Translations under genes and position numbers: made by a program | Part shown: piece after piece, positions 9,001-18,810 of the stretch | How positions within the stretch are numbered: the stretch's first letter is position 1 | How the letters are laid out: the number at the start of each line of letters is the position of its first letter | Source: an uncultured Roseivirgaceae bacterium | GTDB taxonomy: Bacteria > Bacteroidota > Bacteroidia > Cytophagales > Cyclobacteriaceae | NCBI GenBank assembly: GCA_964403075.1 | Contig: CAYOEV010000001.1 | Location: 298,864 to 362,863, forward strand | Length of the DNA stretch: 64,000 nt | Reading direction: 5' to 3' | Notes under the pieces: generated by a model | Database searches by the model: none | Seen by the model: the letters and a program-made list of their open reading frames with translations, nothing else | Told to the model about the DNA's origin: nothing

Positions 9001-10243
9001 TTTATTATTCTTTTATTTATTGCTGACAACGCAACTGAAGGCACAAACACAATCCTCTGTGTACTCAGAAAATGGTTTGGGTTTATTCCTGCCTTTTGGC
9101 GAACCCAATTATCAGTCGATGGGCGGTGTAGGTATCGGTACACCCAATATATGGCATCCGAACACAAAGAATCCCGCTTATCTCGTGCTAAATAGCCTGA
9201 CTACTTTTCAGGTAGGTCTCGAAACTGATAGGAGAAAAGTCAGCGTGGAAGGGCAGGAAGAAAATAGGGTATCGGGTGGTCTACGTTATCTAAACTTGTC
9301 TTTCCCAGCCATTTCAGGAAAATGGACGACTGCATTTTCTCTAAGGCCTTTGACCACGGTCAATTACGAGATTACGGGTTTAGATTCCATTAGTGGTGGT
9401 ATCCTGACCTCGACATTTAAAGGTTCCGGTGGCATCACGTCTTTGTTGTGGTCAAATGGTTTTCGAATCACAGATGAGTTGTTTCTGGGCGTGAAAGGTA
9501 TTTACCTTTTTGGCTCCCTGGAAGATGAGGTATCTACAGACATCATTGACGATGCGGGCACCAGTCTCTTGGTTGATTTTACTGATCAAAAGTTTTACAA
9601 TGATCTGAACTTTTCTATATCTGCCGCTTACCGAAAAAAATTTAGAGATGAAAAATTCCTAAATGTAGGTTTTATCTATGAGCCGCGGGTGAAATTGGAC
9701 GGGACCAATACTTTAGTTTCGGAAACTAGCCGTAAGTCCGATGGCGTACTGTTACAAGAAAGTACCCTACTTGAGGGAGTATCCATTGCCACCTCTTTGC
9801 CCACACGAATGGGTTTTGGTTTATCCTATGAATTGTTCAATAGACTACAATTGGGTCTGGATTTTGAACGGGCTTTCTGGAACGAAGTAGAGTCAGAATT
9901 AACAGATTCGAAAGTGCAGAACACTACGGAAATAGGTTTTGGAGCTTCTTGGACGCCCGATTTCTCAAGTATTAACAATTATTTTGAACGAGCAACCTAT
10001 CGTTTTGGGTTAACTTTCTCCACCTTACCCTATACCATTGAGGATGAGACTATTTCGGATTTTGGTATCAATATTGGAGGTAGGTTCCCTGCAGGGCCTG
10101 CCAGAGTTTCATCACTGGACCTGTCTTTACAGCAGGGTTGGCTGGGAACTACGAGAAACGGATTGGTGAGAGAGGCCTACTTTAAGATCGTCTTTGGTGT
10201 GACGATAAATGACAGATGGTTTGTAAAAAGACGTTATGATTAA
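8987..10243 (+). CDS. hypothetical outer-membrane beta-barrel protein
   Basis: I prefer the ATG at 8987, giving the signal peptide MKGFSLLFFYLLLTTQLKAQ (ORF track 8936). It is long, Gly/aromatic-rich and shows an alternating beta-strand pattern. No family name can be assigned by eye. Confidence 0.6.
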   Translation: MKGFSLLFFYLLLTTQLKAQTQSSVYSENGLGLFLPFGEPNYQSMGGVGIGTPNIWHPNTKNPAYLVLNSLTTFQVGLETDRRKVSVEGQEENRVSGGLRYLNLSFPAISGKWTTAFSLRPLTTVNYEITGLDSISGGILTSTFKGSGGITSLLWSNGFRITDELFLGVKGIYLFGSLEDEVSTDIIDDAGTSLLVDFTDQKFYNDLNFSISAAYRKKFRDEKFLNVGFIYEPRVKLDGTNTLVSETSRKSDGVLLQESTLLEGVSIATSLPTRMGFGLSYELFNRLQLGLDFERAFWNEVESELTDSKVQNTTEIGFGASWTPDFSSINNYFERATYRFGLTFSTLPYTIEDETISDFGINIGGRFPAGPARVSSLDLSLQQGWLGTTRNGLVREAYFKIVFGVTINDRWFVKRRYD

Positions 10244-10254
10244 AATGTGAAGCG

Positions 10255-11574
10255 ATGAATAGGATTACAACAATTGCAGGTATTGCCTTCATGACACTAT
10301 TTTATTATGTAAGTGCGCAAGAGAATGTGAATTGTCCTTGCGTGCAGAACTACGAAGGTGGATGGTGTTGGGGAGCCGACCCAGATATGGCAAAAGAGAA
10401 AAATGCCTACTACACAGATGCTTTTAAGGCGGGGAGAATGAAGGATGCGATTCCGGCATTGGAATGGCTCGTAGAAAATACGCCTAATCTGAATAAATCC
10501 GTCTATGTAAATGGAGCCAAGATTTTTGAAACGCTGGCACTTCAGGAAACCGATGCCGTAAAAAAGAAGGAGTATACGGAAAAAGCGTTGGCCATGTACG
10601 ATCGTCGAATGGTGTGTTTCGACAACGAGGCTTACGTACTAAACAGAAAAGCGCTTGCAGCTTACAAGCTCCTCAAAGGAGATCAGACAAAATACCAGGA
10701 ACTACTTGATTTGTTCGATCGGGCCTACGAATTGAATCAGGATAAAATGTACGACAACAACCTCTTGGCCTACATGGACGTGATGCGGCGTTACAAAGCC
10801 GTGGGTAACACGCTGCCGGATGAGCGCGTGTTCGATAGGTATTTCAATATTGTCGAAATTATGGATGCCAAAGAGGGTATATCTCCAAAATTACGTGACA
10901 ACGTAGATAAACTGCTCTTAACCATTGTACCGGAAATAGATTGTGAAATTGTTATCAAAAATTTCGGTCCCAAATTCGAGGCAAATCCGGACATCAAAAT
11001 GGCCAAGAAAATCTTTCAGTTGATGCTAACGGGAAAATGCACAGACCACCCGCTTGCCATGAAAACAGGTAAGTTTATTCAGGGGGTGGAGCCGAATTAT
11101 GGCATATCTAAGTTCCTGGCCATTACAGCCAATGCGAATGGAGACAAGGAGACAGCCATGCAATATTTTGAGGAGGCCTTGACACTAACTGATGAGAATG
11201 TGAAAAAGTCTGAACTTTATTTGAGCATGGCACGGATAAAAGCCACGCAAGGTGCAAAATCTACTGCGAGAGGACTGGCAAGACAGGCACTGTCAGCCGA
11301 TCCAAGTCAACGCGAAGCATACAAGTTCATTGGCGATCTCTACATGACTTCCTTTGGGGATTGTCAGGAAGGTGTGAGTAAAACCAAGGATAGGGCAGTA
11401 TTTATTGCCGCTTACGATCAATATAAAATGGCCAATCATGAAGCGGGAATGAAAAAAGCCAAAGATGCATTTCCTTCTGCGGAAGAGATTTTTACGGAAG
11501 GCTATGAAAAAGGACAGCAGATCGTCGTGAATTGTTGGATTAATGAAACGGTATCAATTGATATTCGTGATTAG
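10255..11574 (+). CDS. hypothetical secreted helical-repeat (TPR-like) protein
   Basis: 439 aa with signal peptide MNRITTIAGIAFMTLFYYVSAQ, followed by a Cys-rich stretch (NCPCVQNYEGGWCW). The C-terminal half has TPR-like helices (AMQYFEEALTL...REAYKFIGDLY). Confidence 0.6.
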   Translation: MNRITTIAGIAFMTLFYYVSAQENVNCPCVQNYEGGWCWGADPDMAKEKNAYYTDAFKAGRMKDAIPALEWLVENTPNLNKSVYVNGAKIFETLALQETDAVKKKEYTEKALAMYDRRMVCFDNEAYVLNRKALAAYKLLKGDQTKYQELLDLFDRAYELNQDKMYDNNLLAYMDVMRRYKAVGNTLPDERVFDRYFNIVEIMDAKEGISPKLRDNVDKLLLTIVPEIDCEIVIKNFGPKFEANPDIKMAKKIFQLMLTGKCTDHPLAMKTGKFIQGVEPNYGISKFLAITANANGDKETAMQYFEEALTLTDENVKKSELYLSMARIKATQGAKSTARGLARQALSADPSQREAYKFIGDLYMTSFGDCQEGVSKTKDRAVFIAAYDQYKMANHEAGMKKAKDAFPSAEEIFTEGYEKGQQIVVNCWINETVSIDIRD

Positions 11575-12163
11575 ACACCTATTAGGGCCTTTTTATAAAA
11601 CGGTTGTAGTGACAAACTGCGGCCGTTTTTTTATCGGCTTCTTGGCACTAATAAGTATGGGCTGCAATCAGGATAAAGAGGCCCTGAATCAGCCGGTTTG
11701 GGAGGGTCCAACGATGAGTCTCGACAGTGTGAATACCATGATGACAGATTCGGCGGAAATGCAGGTACGTATCATTGCACCCAAAGAGCAGGCTTACAAC
11801 AATGGGGATAAGGAATGGAAAAAAGGTCTTTATCTTCAATATTATGATAAGGAAGGAGCAGTCACTACCACATTTAAGTCTGATTATGCTTTTTATGACC
11901 GCGAAAAACATCTCTACAAGGGCGTGGGTAAGGTAGCAGTGCAAAACAGAATGAACGGAGATGAACTCAATACTGAAGAGTTGTTTTGGGATCCAAACGA
12001 AAAGCGTTTCTTTACGGACAGGTATGTGACAATATCTACTTCAACGGAATTACATACCGGTGAAGGGCTGACGGCCAGTGAGGATTTCACGTATTATAAA
12101 ATCATAGCACCTTCAGGGTCGTTTCCTTTGAAGCAAAGTGAAGAAGAAGATGAAATTGATTGA
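11543..12163 (+). CDS. lptC: LPS export periplasmic protein LptC (lipoprotein form)
   Basis: About 190-200 aa with a lipobox-like ALISMGC. The beta-jellyroll-like repeat pattern (VGKVAVQN...LNTEELFWDPNEKRFFTDRYVTI...GEGLTASEDF) resembles Bacteroidota LptC. An alternative GTG start at 11609 would remove the 32-nt overlap with the upstream gene. Confidence 0.6.
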   Translation: MKRYQLIFVIRHLLGPFYKTVVVTNCGRFFIGFLALISMGCNQDKEALNQPVWEGPTMSLDSVNTMMTDSAEMQVRIIAPKEQAYNNGDKEWKKGLYLQYYDKEGAVTTTFKSDYAFYDREKHLYKGVGKVAVQNRMNGDELNTEELFWDPNEKRFFTDRYVTISTSTELHTGEGLTASEDFTYYKIIAPSGSFPLKQSEEEDEID

Positions 12164-12320
12164 CACCATACTTTTTGTGCTGGCCCTGTGTTTTTTTGTT
12201 GTAGGTTTATATGAAACCATTTATTTCGGTATTGAGACGACCTACTGGCTTTTTATGCTAAGTCTCATCCTACTTTTTTTGTATTATTACAGGAAGTCAC
12301 AAATCCGTAAGAACTCTTGA
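12150..12320 (+). CDS. small two-helix membrane protein
   Basis: 56 aa from the ATG at 12150 (ORF track uses GTG at 12138). Two clear hydrophobic helices. It fills the lptC-CNNM gap and overlaps both neighbours: lptC by 14 nt, and the next start TTG by 4 nt. Confidence 0.4.
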   Translation: MKLIDTILFVLALCFFVVGLYETIYFGIETTYWLFMLSLILLFLYYYRKSQIRKNS

Positions 12321-13594
12321 ACGAATTCCTGATAATTGGGGTCACTTTGCTGTTTTCGGCTTTTTTTTCGGGTATAGAAATAGCTTTCATCTCTGCCAAT
12401 CGGTTGCACATTGAAGTGCTCAGTCAGAAAGGGGCCTTAACAGGACAAATACTATCGAAGTTTACTGCCAATCAATCGCAATTTCTTGGGACCACGCTGG
12501 TGGGTAATAATTTGTCGTTAGTGATCTACGGATACTTTATGGCGAGAATGATTGAACCTACGCTAATGGAGGTAATACCTGAAGGTGGGCGGACCATTAT
12601 TCTAGTGACTCAAACCCTGATTTCAACAACAGTGGTATTGCTTACGGCAGAATTTTTACCCAAGAGTTTATTTCTAATGAATGCCGATAGATTCCTCCAG
12701 GTTTTATCTGTCCCAATGCTCATTATCTATTACCTCATGTACCCGGTAACCCGGGCCGTGGTGGGTCTATCGCGGCTAGTGATTAGCAAGTTGATGGATT
12801 ATGAGTTCTCGGAAGATAAACCGGTTTTTGGGCTTACAGATCTCAATAATTACATTAAGCGAAATCTCCGACAAAATAAAATCGATGAGGGCGAAGTAGA
12901 TGCCAGGATATTGAACAACGCCATCGAGTTTAAAACAGTGAAAGTGCGCGAGTGCATGATCCCGCGTACAGAGATTGTAGCTGTGGAAGTATCCGAAGAA
13001 GTGCGCGTTTTGAAAGAGGCCTTTATCGAAAGTGGGCATTCAAAAATTATAATTTATAAGGAAACAATTGATGATGTGGTTGGCTATTGTCACTCGTTGG
13101 AAATGTTCAAAAAGCCAAGTGACATTAAATCGATCATTACGCCTATTATTATCGTGCCGGAAACCACTCCGGCGAGTGAATTGCTGATTCAGTTCATCAC
13201 CGAACGAAAGAGCCTGGCATGGGTGGTGGATGAATACGGTGGAACTTCCGGTATTGTAAGTATGGAAGATGTGATCGAAGAGATTTTTGGGGAAATCCAG
13301 GATGAACACGATGATGAGGACTTGATGGAAAATCAGTTAGACGATCATACTTTCATTCTGAGTGCTAGGCATGAGGTCGATTACCTCAACGAAAAATACG
13401 CTTTTCAATTGCCTGAGGGTGAATATGATACTTTGGGTGGATTGATTCTAAATTTTAAAGAGGATATTCCCTTGGTCAATGAAGACATTTCCATAGATCA
13501 TTTTTTGATCACCATACTTTCTGTGGAAGAAAACCGCATAGATACAGTAAGGCTTAAGGTAATGCCAATGACTGAAGAAGCAATTTCAAATTAA
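12317..13594 (+). CDS. CNNM/CorC/TlyC-family protein (DUF21-CBS pair-CorC_HlyC)
   Basis: 425 aa with an N-terminal DUF21-like membrane domain (FFSGIEIAFIS), a CBS region and a C-terminal transporter-associated domain (DTLGGLIL). The start is apparently TTG. Confidence 0.88.
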   Translation: MNEFLIIGVTLLFSAFFSGIEIAFISANRLHIEVLSQKGALTGQILSKFTANQSQFLGTTLVGNNLSLVIYGYFMARMIEPTLMEVIPEGGRTIILVTQTLISTTVVLLTAEFLPKSLFLMNADRFLQVLSVPMLIIYYLMYPVTRAVVGLSRLVISKLMDYEFSEDKPVFGLTDLNNYIKRNLRQNKIDEGEVDARILNNAIEFKTVKVRECMIPRTEIVAVEVSEEVRVLKEAFIESGHSKIIIYKETIDDVVGYCHSLEMFKKPSDIKSIITPIIIVPETTPASELLIQFITERKSLAWVVDEYGGTSGIVSMEDVIEEIFGEIQDEHDDEDLMENQLDDHTFILSARHEVDYLNEKYAFQLPEGEYDTLGGLILNFKEDIPLVNEDISIDHFLITILSVEENRIDTVRLKVMPMTEEAISN

Positions 13595-13597
13595 GGT

Positions 13598-13627
13598 TTT
13601 GATAAGGTTGGGATTAGGCTATTTTTG
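13598..13627 (+). promoter_or_regulatory. candidate promoter: TTTG (-33-like) plus TATTTTTG (-7 box)
   Basis: TTTG at 13598-13601 and TATTTTTG at 13620-13627, 18 nt apart. The ATG of the ppiD-like gene is at 13648. Confidence 0.4.
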
Positions 13628-13647
13628 CCCTCTTTAAATTTTCAGGT

Positions 13648-15801
13648 ATGGCACTTATAAATACGTTGAGGAATCGAATGGGCAAAATCGTGGTATTTGC
13701 CCTCGGTCTCACCATGGTTGCGTTCATATTGACAGACTTAGTAGGAAACAATTCATTATTGTTCGGTCAGGATAGGGACATTGCAGAGATTGATGGTTCA
13801 GACATTTCGATGGAAGACTTTCAAATGAAAATGGAAGACCTGTCATCAAGATTCGCATTGGTTGCTGGAAGAAGGCCACAGGCAGAAGAAATGGATCAGA
13901 TTAGGGAGCAGGCCTGGCAGGCTTTATTGATTGAACACCTCTACCAAAAGCAATTAGATGAACTCGGTATACGCATATCTGAGCTTGAGCAGATAGACAT
14001 GGTGCAGGGCAGTAACATACATCCTCAAATACGTCAGGCATTTACCAATCAAAGTGGACAGTTCGATCAGCAGGCTTTGCAGCAACAACTGGCCGCAATT
14101 AGTCAAGGATCTGCCCAAGATAGGGCCAATTGGAGTCAGTTCGAAAGCAATCTGATCATGAGCAAAAGATTCATGAAGCTCAACGCCCTTGTGAGTAGCA
14201 CCAACTATGTAACGAAAGCAGAGGCGCGTAATGAATATAAGGACCAAAGTTCGGCAGCTACAATTGAATATGTGTATGTTCCCTATGCGGTGATCGAAAA
14301 TGATGAAGTAGAGATCACAGATTCCGATTTGGACGCGTATTTAGAAGCAAATGCCTATGCATATCAGAAGGAAGCATCTAGAGATTTAGCTTATGTGGCT
14401 TTCCCTTTGGCACCCTCGAGTACGGATTCATTGGTAATTGAAACTGAAATGGCCGAAGTAATGGAAGGTTTGGCAGGCACGACAAATGATTCCACGTTTG
14501 CATTACGCAACTCAGATGGCAGTTTCCCTTTTGTTAACTACAGGAAGCATGAACTGCCCACGGCCTTACTCAATGCGGAGGGTGTGCCTGTAGAAGTGGG
14601 TACGGTGACGGAGCCAATCATCGATCAGAATGGCCTGATTGTCTACAAGCTATCTAAAGTGACAGAGGGGCCTGAATACTACACGAAAGTACGTCACATC
14701 CTCATTAAGTGGTCGGACGATTCTAATGAAGCCAAAATGGAGGCGCTAACTCGAGCAAAGGGTATTTTGGGGAGGGTGCGCTCAGGAGAAGATTTTACTG
14801 CGTTAGCGGCCGCCGAAAGTGAAGATCTGAGTAATGCCCAACGAGGAGGTGATCTCGGATGGGTTTCGGAAAGTACAGAATTTGTAGAGCCGTTCAAGAC
14901 GGCCGTTTTCAATCACGTGGGTGCGGGGATCATTCCCCGAGCGGTAGAAACGCAATTTGGTTACCACATCATTAAACTTGATGAACCAAAAACCAACCAA
15001 GTTTTTAAAGTGGCCGTGGTTGAGAAGGACTATTTGATTACGACGGAGACCATTGACTCGGTGAACCGGGAGACAGATCTTTTTTACACGCAGGTGGCCA
15101 ACTATGACGATTTTATAAAAATCGCTGAAGAAAGAAATCTGGAGGTAAAAGAAATACCAGAAGTACCTTCCACGGCTGAACGATTGGGATCATTGGGTAA
15201 CGCGCGAAGCGTAGTACTCTGGTTGTATAATGAGGCCAGCGTTGGAGACATTTCGAGGGAAGATACCCAGGATGCTTATGTGGTGGCTATCATGACAGGG
15301 GAACAGAAAAAAGGAACATCTCGCTTGTCTGCTGTGAAGGAGGAGGTTCGCGAGGAGTTGCTCAAAGACAAAAAAGCGGCAATGATTAGAGAAAAGCTTG
15401 CACCTCATTTAACCAAGTCTTTAGAAGAGATAGTGGCGGGCTATGGCGCAGGTGCGACTGCCGGGGAGGCCACGTTCAATTGGTCGGCGATCACGGTATC
15501 GGGAATGGGAAATGCACCAGAGGTGGTGGGAGCTGCCCTTGGAATGGAAAACAATGAAATATCTGGTCCTATCATGACTGATCAGGGTGTGGTGGTTTTT
15601 CAGTTGGTCAGTCGGGTGCCCGCTGCGGATCAGGAGAACTACGCCACTTATGCGCAACAGTTAATTGGTCGCTATCAAGCACGAATGATGAATATCAGCA
15701 ATTTTCCACTGACAGCTTTTCCCATTCAAATTTCTCAAAAAATTGATGCAGCCCTTCAGGAGTTGTCGGAACTAGAGGACAAGAGATACAAGTTTTATTA
15801 G
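13648..15801 (+). CDS. periplasmic chaperone / peptidyl-prolyl isomerase (PpiD/SurA-like)
   Basis: 717 aa with an N-terminal anchor (IVVFALGLTMVAFILT). Parvulin domain segment: RHILIKW...GGDLGWV...FGYHIIKL. Confidence 0.85.
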   Translation: MALINTLRNRMGKIVVFALGLTMVAFILTDLVGNNSLLFGQDRDIAEIDGSDISMEDFQMKMEDLSSRFALVAGRRPQAEEMDQIREQAWQALLIEHLYQKQLDELGIRISELEQIDMVQGSNIHPQIRQAFTNQSGQFDQQALQQQLAAISQGSAQDRANWSQFESNLIMSKRFMKLNALVSSTNYVTKAEARNEYKDQSSAATIEYVYVPYAVIENDEVEITDSDLDAYLEANAYAYQKEASRDLAYVAFPLAPSSTDSLVIETEMAEVMEGLAGTTNDSTFALRNSDGSFPFVNYRKHELPTALLNAEGVPVEVGTVTEPIIDQNGLIVYKLSKVTEGPEYYTKVRHILIKWSDDSNEAKMEALTRAKGILGRVRSGEDFTALAAAESEDLSNAQRGGDLGWVSESTEFVEPFKTAVFNHVGAGIIPRAVETQFGYHIIKLDEPKTNQVFKVAVVEKDYLITTETIDSVNRETDLFYTQVANYDDFIKIAEERNLEVKEIPEVPSTAERLGSLGNARSVVLWLYNEASVGDISREDTQDAYVVAIMTGEQKKGTSRLSAVKEEVREELLKDKKAAMIREKLAPHLTKSLEEIVAGYGAGATAGEATFNWSAITVSGMGNAPEVVGAALGMENNEISGPIMTDQGVVVFQLVSRVPAADQENYATYAQQLIGRYQARMMNISNFPLTAFPIQISQKIDAALQELSELEDKRYKFY

Positions 15802-15848
15802 TAAGTAGTCAATCGTTCATTGGTTCCGTTTTTTCTTATATTGGGCAG

Positions 15849-16109
15849 ATGAGCTGGGATATTGATGGATTCAGACAAAAGTTGGAAAAACAGCATAAAT
15901 TTCCAGGGAAGTATCTTTTTAAATTTATTGTACCGATACATGCCATAGTGGAGGTGGAGAATTTGGCACAAAAGGTGCCAGTCAGGGAGCGACCAAGCAG
16001 AAAAGGAAACTACTCCAGTGTTACGTTTGAAATGAGCGTGAAGGATGCGAAAGAAGTAATTGATATTTATCAGCGTGCGTTTAAAATTGAAGGGTGTATC
16101 GCATTATAA
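15849..16109 (+). CDS. DUF493 (YbeD-like) family protein
   Basis: 86 aa. FPGKYLFKFIVP followed by a ferredoxin-like pattern is typical of DUF493. Confidence 0.55.
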   Translation: MSWDIDGFRQKLEKQHKFPGKYLFKFIVPIHAIVEVENLAQKVPVRERPSRKGNYSSVTFEMSVKDAKEVIDIYQRAFKIEGCIAL

Positions 16110-16119
16110 TATATGACTT

Positions 16120-16347
16120 ATGTGGGAAGAAAAAGAGAACAGTTTAGTCAGGATTTTCAGTTTCAATGATTTTAGTGAAGCATTTGGTTTCATGAGCCGG
16201 GTGGCTTTGTTGGCGGAACAGATGCAGCACCATCCTACCATAGAAAATACTTATAATCGGGTAGCTATCACCCTTCAGACGCATGATGCTGGCAACAAGG
16301 TGACTGAAAAAGATCACAAGTTGGCCGCAGCAATTGATAAACTTTAA
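16120..16347 (+). CDS. 4a-hydroxytetrahydrobiopterin (pterin-4a-carbinolamine) dehydratase
   Basis: 75 aa with FxxAFxFM...A...HHP...N.Y..V.I.L.TH ([39 protein letters not shown]). Confidence 0.85.
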   Translation: MWEEKENSLVRIFSFNDFSEAFGFMSRVALLAEQMQHHPTIENTYNRVAITLQTHDAGNKVTEKDHKLAAAIDKL

Positions 16348-17029
16348 TGAATGGCAAGTGGGGGGTAAATTGTACATTGTTGCCACCCCCATCGGTAATT
16401 TGGCGGACATCAGTATCCGTGCAGTCGAAACCTTACGCAAGGTTGACTTGATTTTGGCAGAAGATACCCGCACCAGTAAGACACTTTTGGAGCATTACTC
16501 CGTAAGCACGCCTACGAGAAGCTTTCATGCCCATAATGAACATCGCATGACCGAATTATATCTGAAGATGGTGCAGGATGGTCAACAATTGGCGATAATC
16601 TCAGATGCTGGTATGCCAGGTATTTCGGATCCCGGGTTTTTATTGGTACGTGCGGTTACTCAACAAAAATTACCACTTGAGGTAATACCAGGACCAACGG
16701 CATTTCTTCTGGCATTGATTAAATCTGGTTTCCCAACGGACCGGTTCATTTATGAAGGATTTCTGCCACACAAAAAAGGTCGGCAAACCCGGTTAAAAGA
16801 AATTCTGAAAGAAACCCGGACGGTGGTATTGTACGAGTCCACGCACCGTATTCTCAAATTATTGCAAGAATTACAGTATCTGGAAGAGGAAAGCCGTAGA
16901 ATTTCTGTTTCAAGAGAGTTGACTAAAAAGTTTGAAGAAACGATAACTGGAGCGCCGTCGATGGTTCTGGCTTATTTTAGCACACATACTTGTAAGGGAG
17001 AATTTGTAGTAGTCATTGAGGGGAAATGA
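16334..17029 (+). CDS. rsmI: 16S rRNA (cytidine1402-2'-O)-methyltransferase
   Basis: [21 protein letters not shown] and [12 protein letters not shown] motifs. The ORF-track start is TTG at 16334. GTG at 16358 (MGGKLYIV...) is an equally plausible start. Confidence 0.9.
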   Translation: MINFNEWQVGGKLYIVATPIGNLADISIRAVETLRKVDLILAEDTRTSKTLLEHYSVSTPTRSFHAHNEHRMTELYLKMVQDGQQLAIISDAGMPGISDPGFLLVRAVTQQKLPLEVIPGPTAFLLALIKSGFPTDRFIYEGFLPHKKGRQTRLKEILKETRTVVLYESTHRILKLLQELQYLEEESRRISVSRELTKKFEETITGAPSMVLAYFSTHTCKGEFVVVIEGK

Positions 17030-17811
17030 ATTTACCTGAAATCGCTAAAAGCGTATGTAAGATTGCCGGAGCTACTGGATTATTCATCCAGGAAGAAGGA
17101 AATAAATTCGATCGCAATCAGGCCAAATACAAGGGAACTAACGATTTGGTGTCTTACGTGGACAAGGAAAGTGAGCGACAGTTGGTAAAAGAGCTTTCAG
17201 TACTTGTTCCTGAGGCAGGCTTTATTACTGAGGAAGGCACCACGTCCGGTCCCAAGGGAGTCCTTAATTGGGTGATCGATCCTTTGGATGGCACCACAAA
17301 TTTTGTTCATGGATTGCCAATCTATGCCATTAGTGTTGCTTTGGTAGAGGATGGCAAGCCGTTGGTGGGCGTTGTCAGGGACGTTGAAGCAGGGGTCAAC
17401 TACTGGGCTGTCGCGAGCGGGGGGGCATTTATGGAAGATGAAGCGATATGCGTATCTTCAGTTAACAACTTAGGTGAAGGTCTGTACGCAACTGGTTTTC
17501 CTGTAAAAGACTTCAAACGGCTGGAAAAATACATGTCTATCATGACAGCAGTAATGAAACAGGCCCATGGATTGAGACGCCTGGGAAGTGCTGCCATGGA
17601 CATGGTTTATGTGGCCAGAGGTCTGTATGAAGGATATTTTGAATTCAACCTTCATCCTTGGGATGTAGCGGCTGGAATTTTGCTAGTGAAGGAAGCAGGA
17701 GGCAAGGTGACAGATTTTAGTGGAGGTACAAACTATCTTTTTGGTGGAGAAGTTGTCGCGGCCGGAGCTGTTCATCCCGAATTGATGAAGGTCATTAAAA
17801 AGTATTGGTAA
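17026..17811 (+). CDS. suhB: inositol monophosphatase family protein
   Basis: WVIDPLDGTTNF and WDVAAG motifs. 261 aa. ATGA overlap with rsmI. Confidence 0.85.
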   Translation: MNLPEIAKSVCKIAGATGLFIQEEGNKFDRNQAKYKGTNDLVSYVDKESERQLVKELSVLVPEAGFITEEGTTSGPKGVLNWVIDPLDGTTNFVHGLPIYAISVALVEDGKPLVGVVRDVEAGVNYWAVASGGAFMEDEAICVSSVNNLGEGLYATGFPVKDFKRLEKYMSIMTAVMKQAHGLRRLGSAAMDMVYVARGLYEGYFEFNLHPWDVAAGILLVKEAGGKVTDFSGGTNYLFGGEVVAAGAVHPELMKVIKKYW

Positions 17812-17835
17812 TTTCAGATTTCTAACAAATCAGAT

Positions 17836-18810
17836 ATGTCGTCAGTTAAGGCAAGTGAAAAAGACGTAGAAAGAGCAGATCAGCTGAAGGTTTATTATGA
17901 AAACCTTACAGAAGAAATTGCAAAAGTGATAGTTGGTCAAAAAGAAACGATTAAGCTGCTATTGCTATCCATATTTTGTGACGGACATTCGCTATTGGTA
18001 GGCGTACCTGGTTTGGCCAAAACCTTACTTGTGCAAACGCTCGCTCGGACGCTTTCTCTTGGTTTTAACCGTATCCAGTTTACCCCAGATCTCATGCCAT
18101 CGGATATTTTAGGAGCAGAAACTATGGATAAGGAAAGGAATCTACGTTTTATTAAGGGCCCCATATTTTCAAATATTATTCTAGCCGATGAAATTAATCG
18201 GACGCCACCTAAAACGCAGTCGGCACTATTGGAAGCCATGCAGGAACGCGCTGTGACAGTGGGCGGGCAGCATTATTCATTAGACCGACCTTTTTTCGTT
18301 TTGGCTACGCAAAATCCCATTGAACAAGAGGGTACCTATCCGCTGCCGGAAGCACAACTGGATCGTTTCATGTTCATGATTCAGTTGGACTATCCTTCTT
18401 TCGAGGAGGAAATGGAAGTGGTAAGGCGAACCACCGGCGCAGCCTCACCTGAAATAGGGCCTGTGCTCGATGAGTCCACCATCAGAGAGTTTCAGGAATT
18501 GATTGGAAAGGTTCCGGTTACGGACCATGTGCTGGAATATGCTGTGCAGTTGGTAGGAAAAACACGTGCCTCAGAAAAAGGCGGGAATCCTTTGGCAGTA
18601 CAATACTTGGAGTGGGGAGCAGGACCCAGAGCCAGTCAGTTTCTCATTTATGGGGCGAAATGTCACGCCGTTATATCCGGCAAATACTCACCTGATATTT
18701 CGGATGTGCAAGCGATTGCAGTGGCGGTGTTGCGTCATCGAATTGTGAGAAATTTTAAGGCTGAAGCTGAAGGCCTTACAGAGGAAGCCATCATCAGGCA
18801 ATTGCTCTAA
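17836..18810 (+). CDS. MoxR-family AAA+ ATPase
   Basis: Walker A GVPGLAKT, Walker B ILADEINR and the FFVLATQNP segment. 324 aa. Confidence 0.9.
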   Translation: MSSVKASEKDVERADQLKVYYENLTEEIAKVIVGQKETIKLLLLSIFCDGHSLLVGVPGLAKTLLVQTLARTLSLGFNRIQFTPDLMPSDILGAETMDKERNLRFIKGPIFSNIILADEINRTPPKTQSALLEAMQERAVTVGGQHYSLDRPFFVLATQNPIEQEGTYPLPEAQLDRFMFMIQLDYPSFEEEMEVVRRTTGAASPEIGPVLDESTIREFQELIGKVPVTDHVLEYAVQLVGKTRASEKGGNPLAVQYLEWGAGPRASQFLIYGAKCHAVISGKYSPDISDVQAIAVAVLRHRIVRNFKAEAEGLTEEAIIRQLL

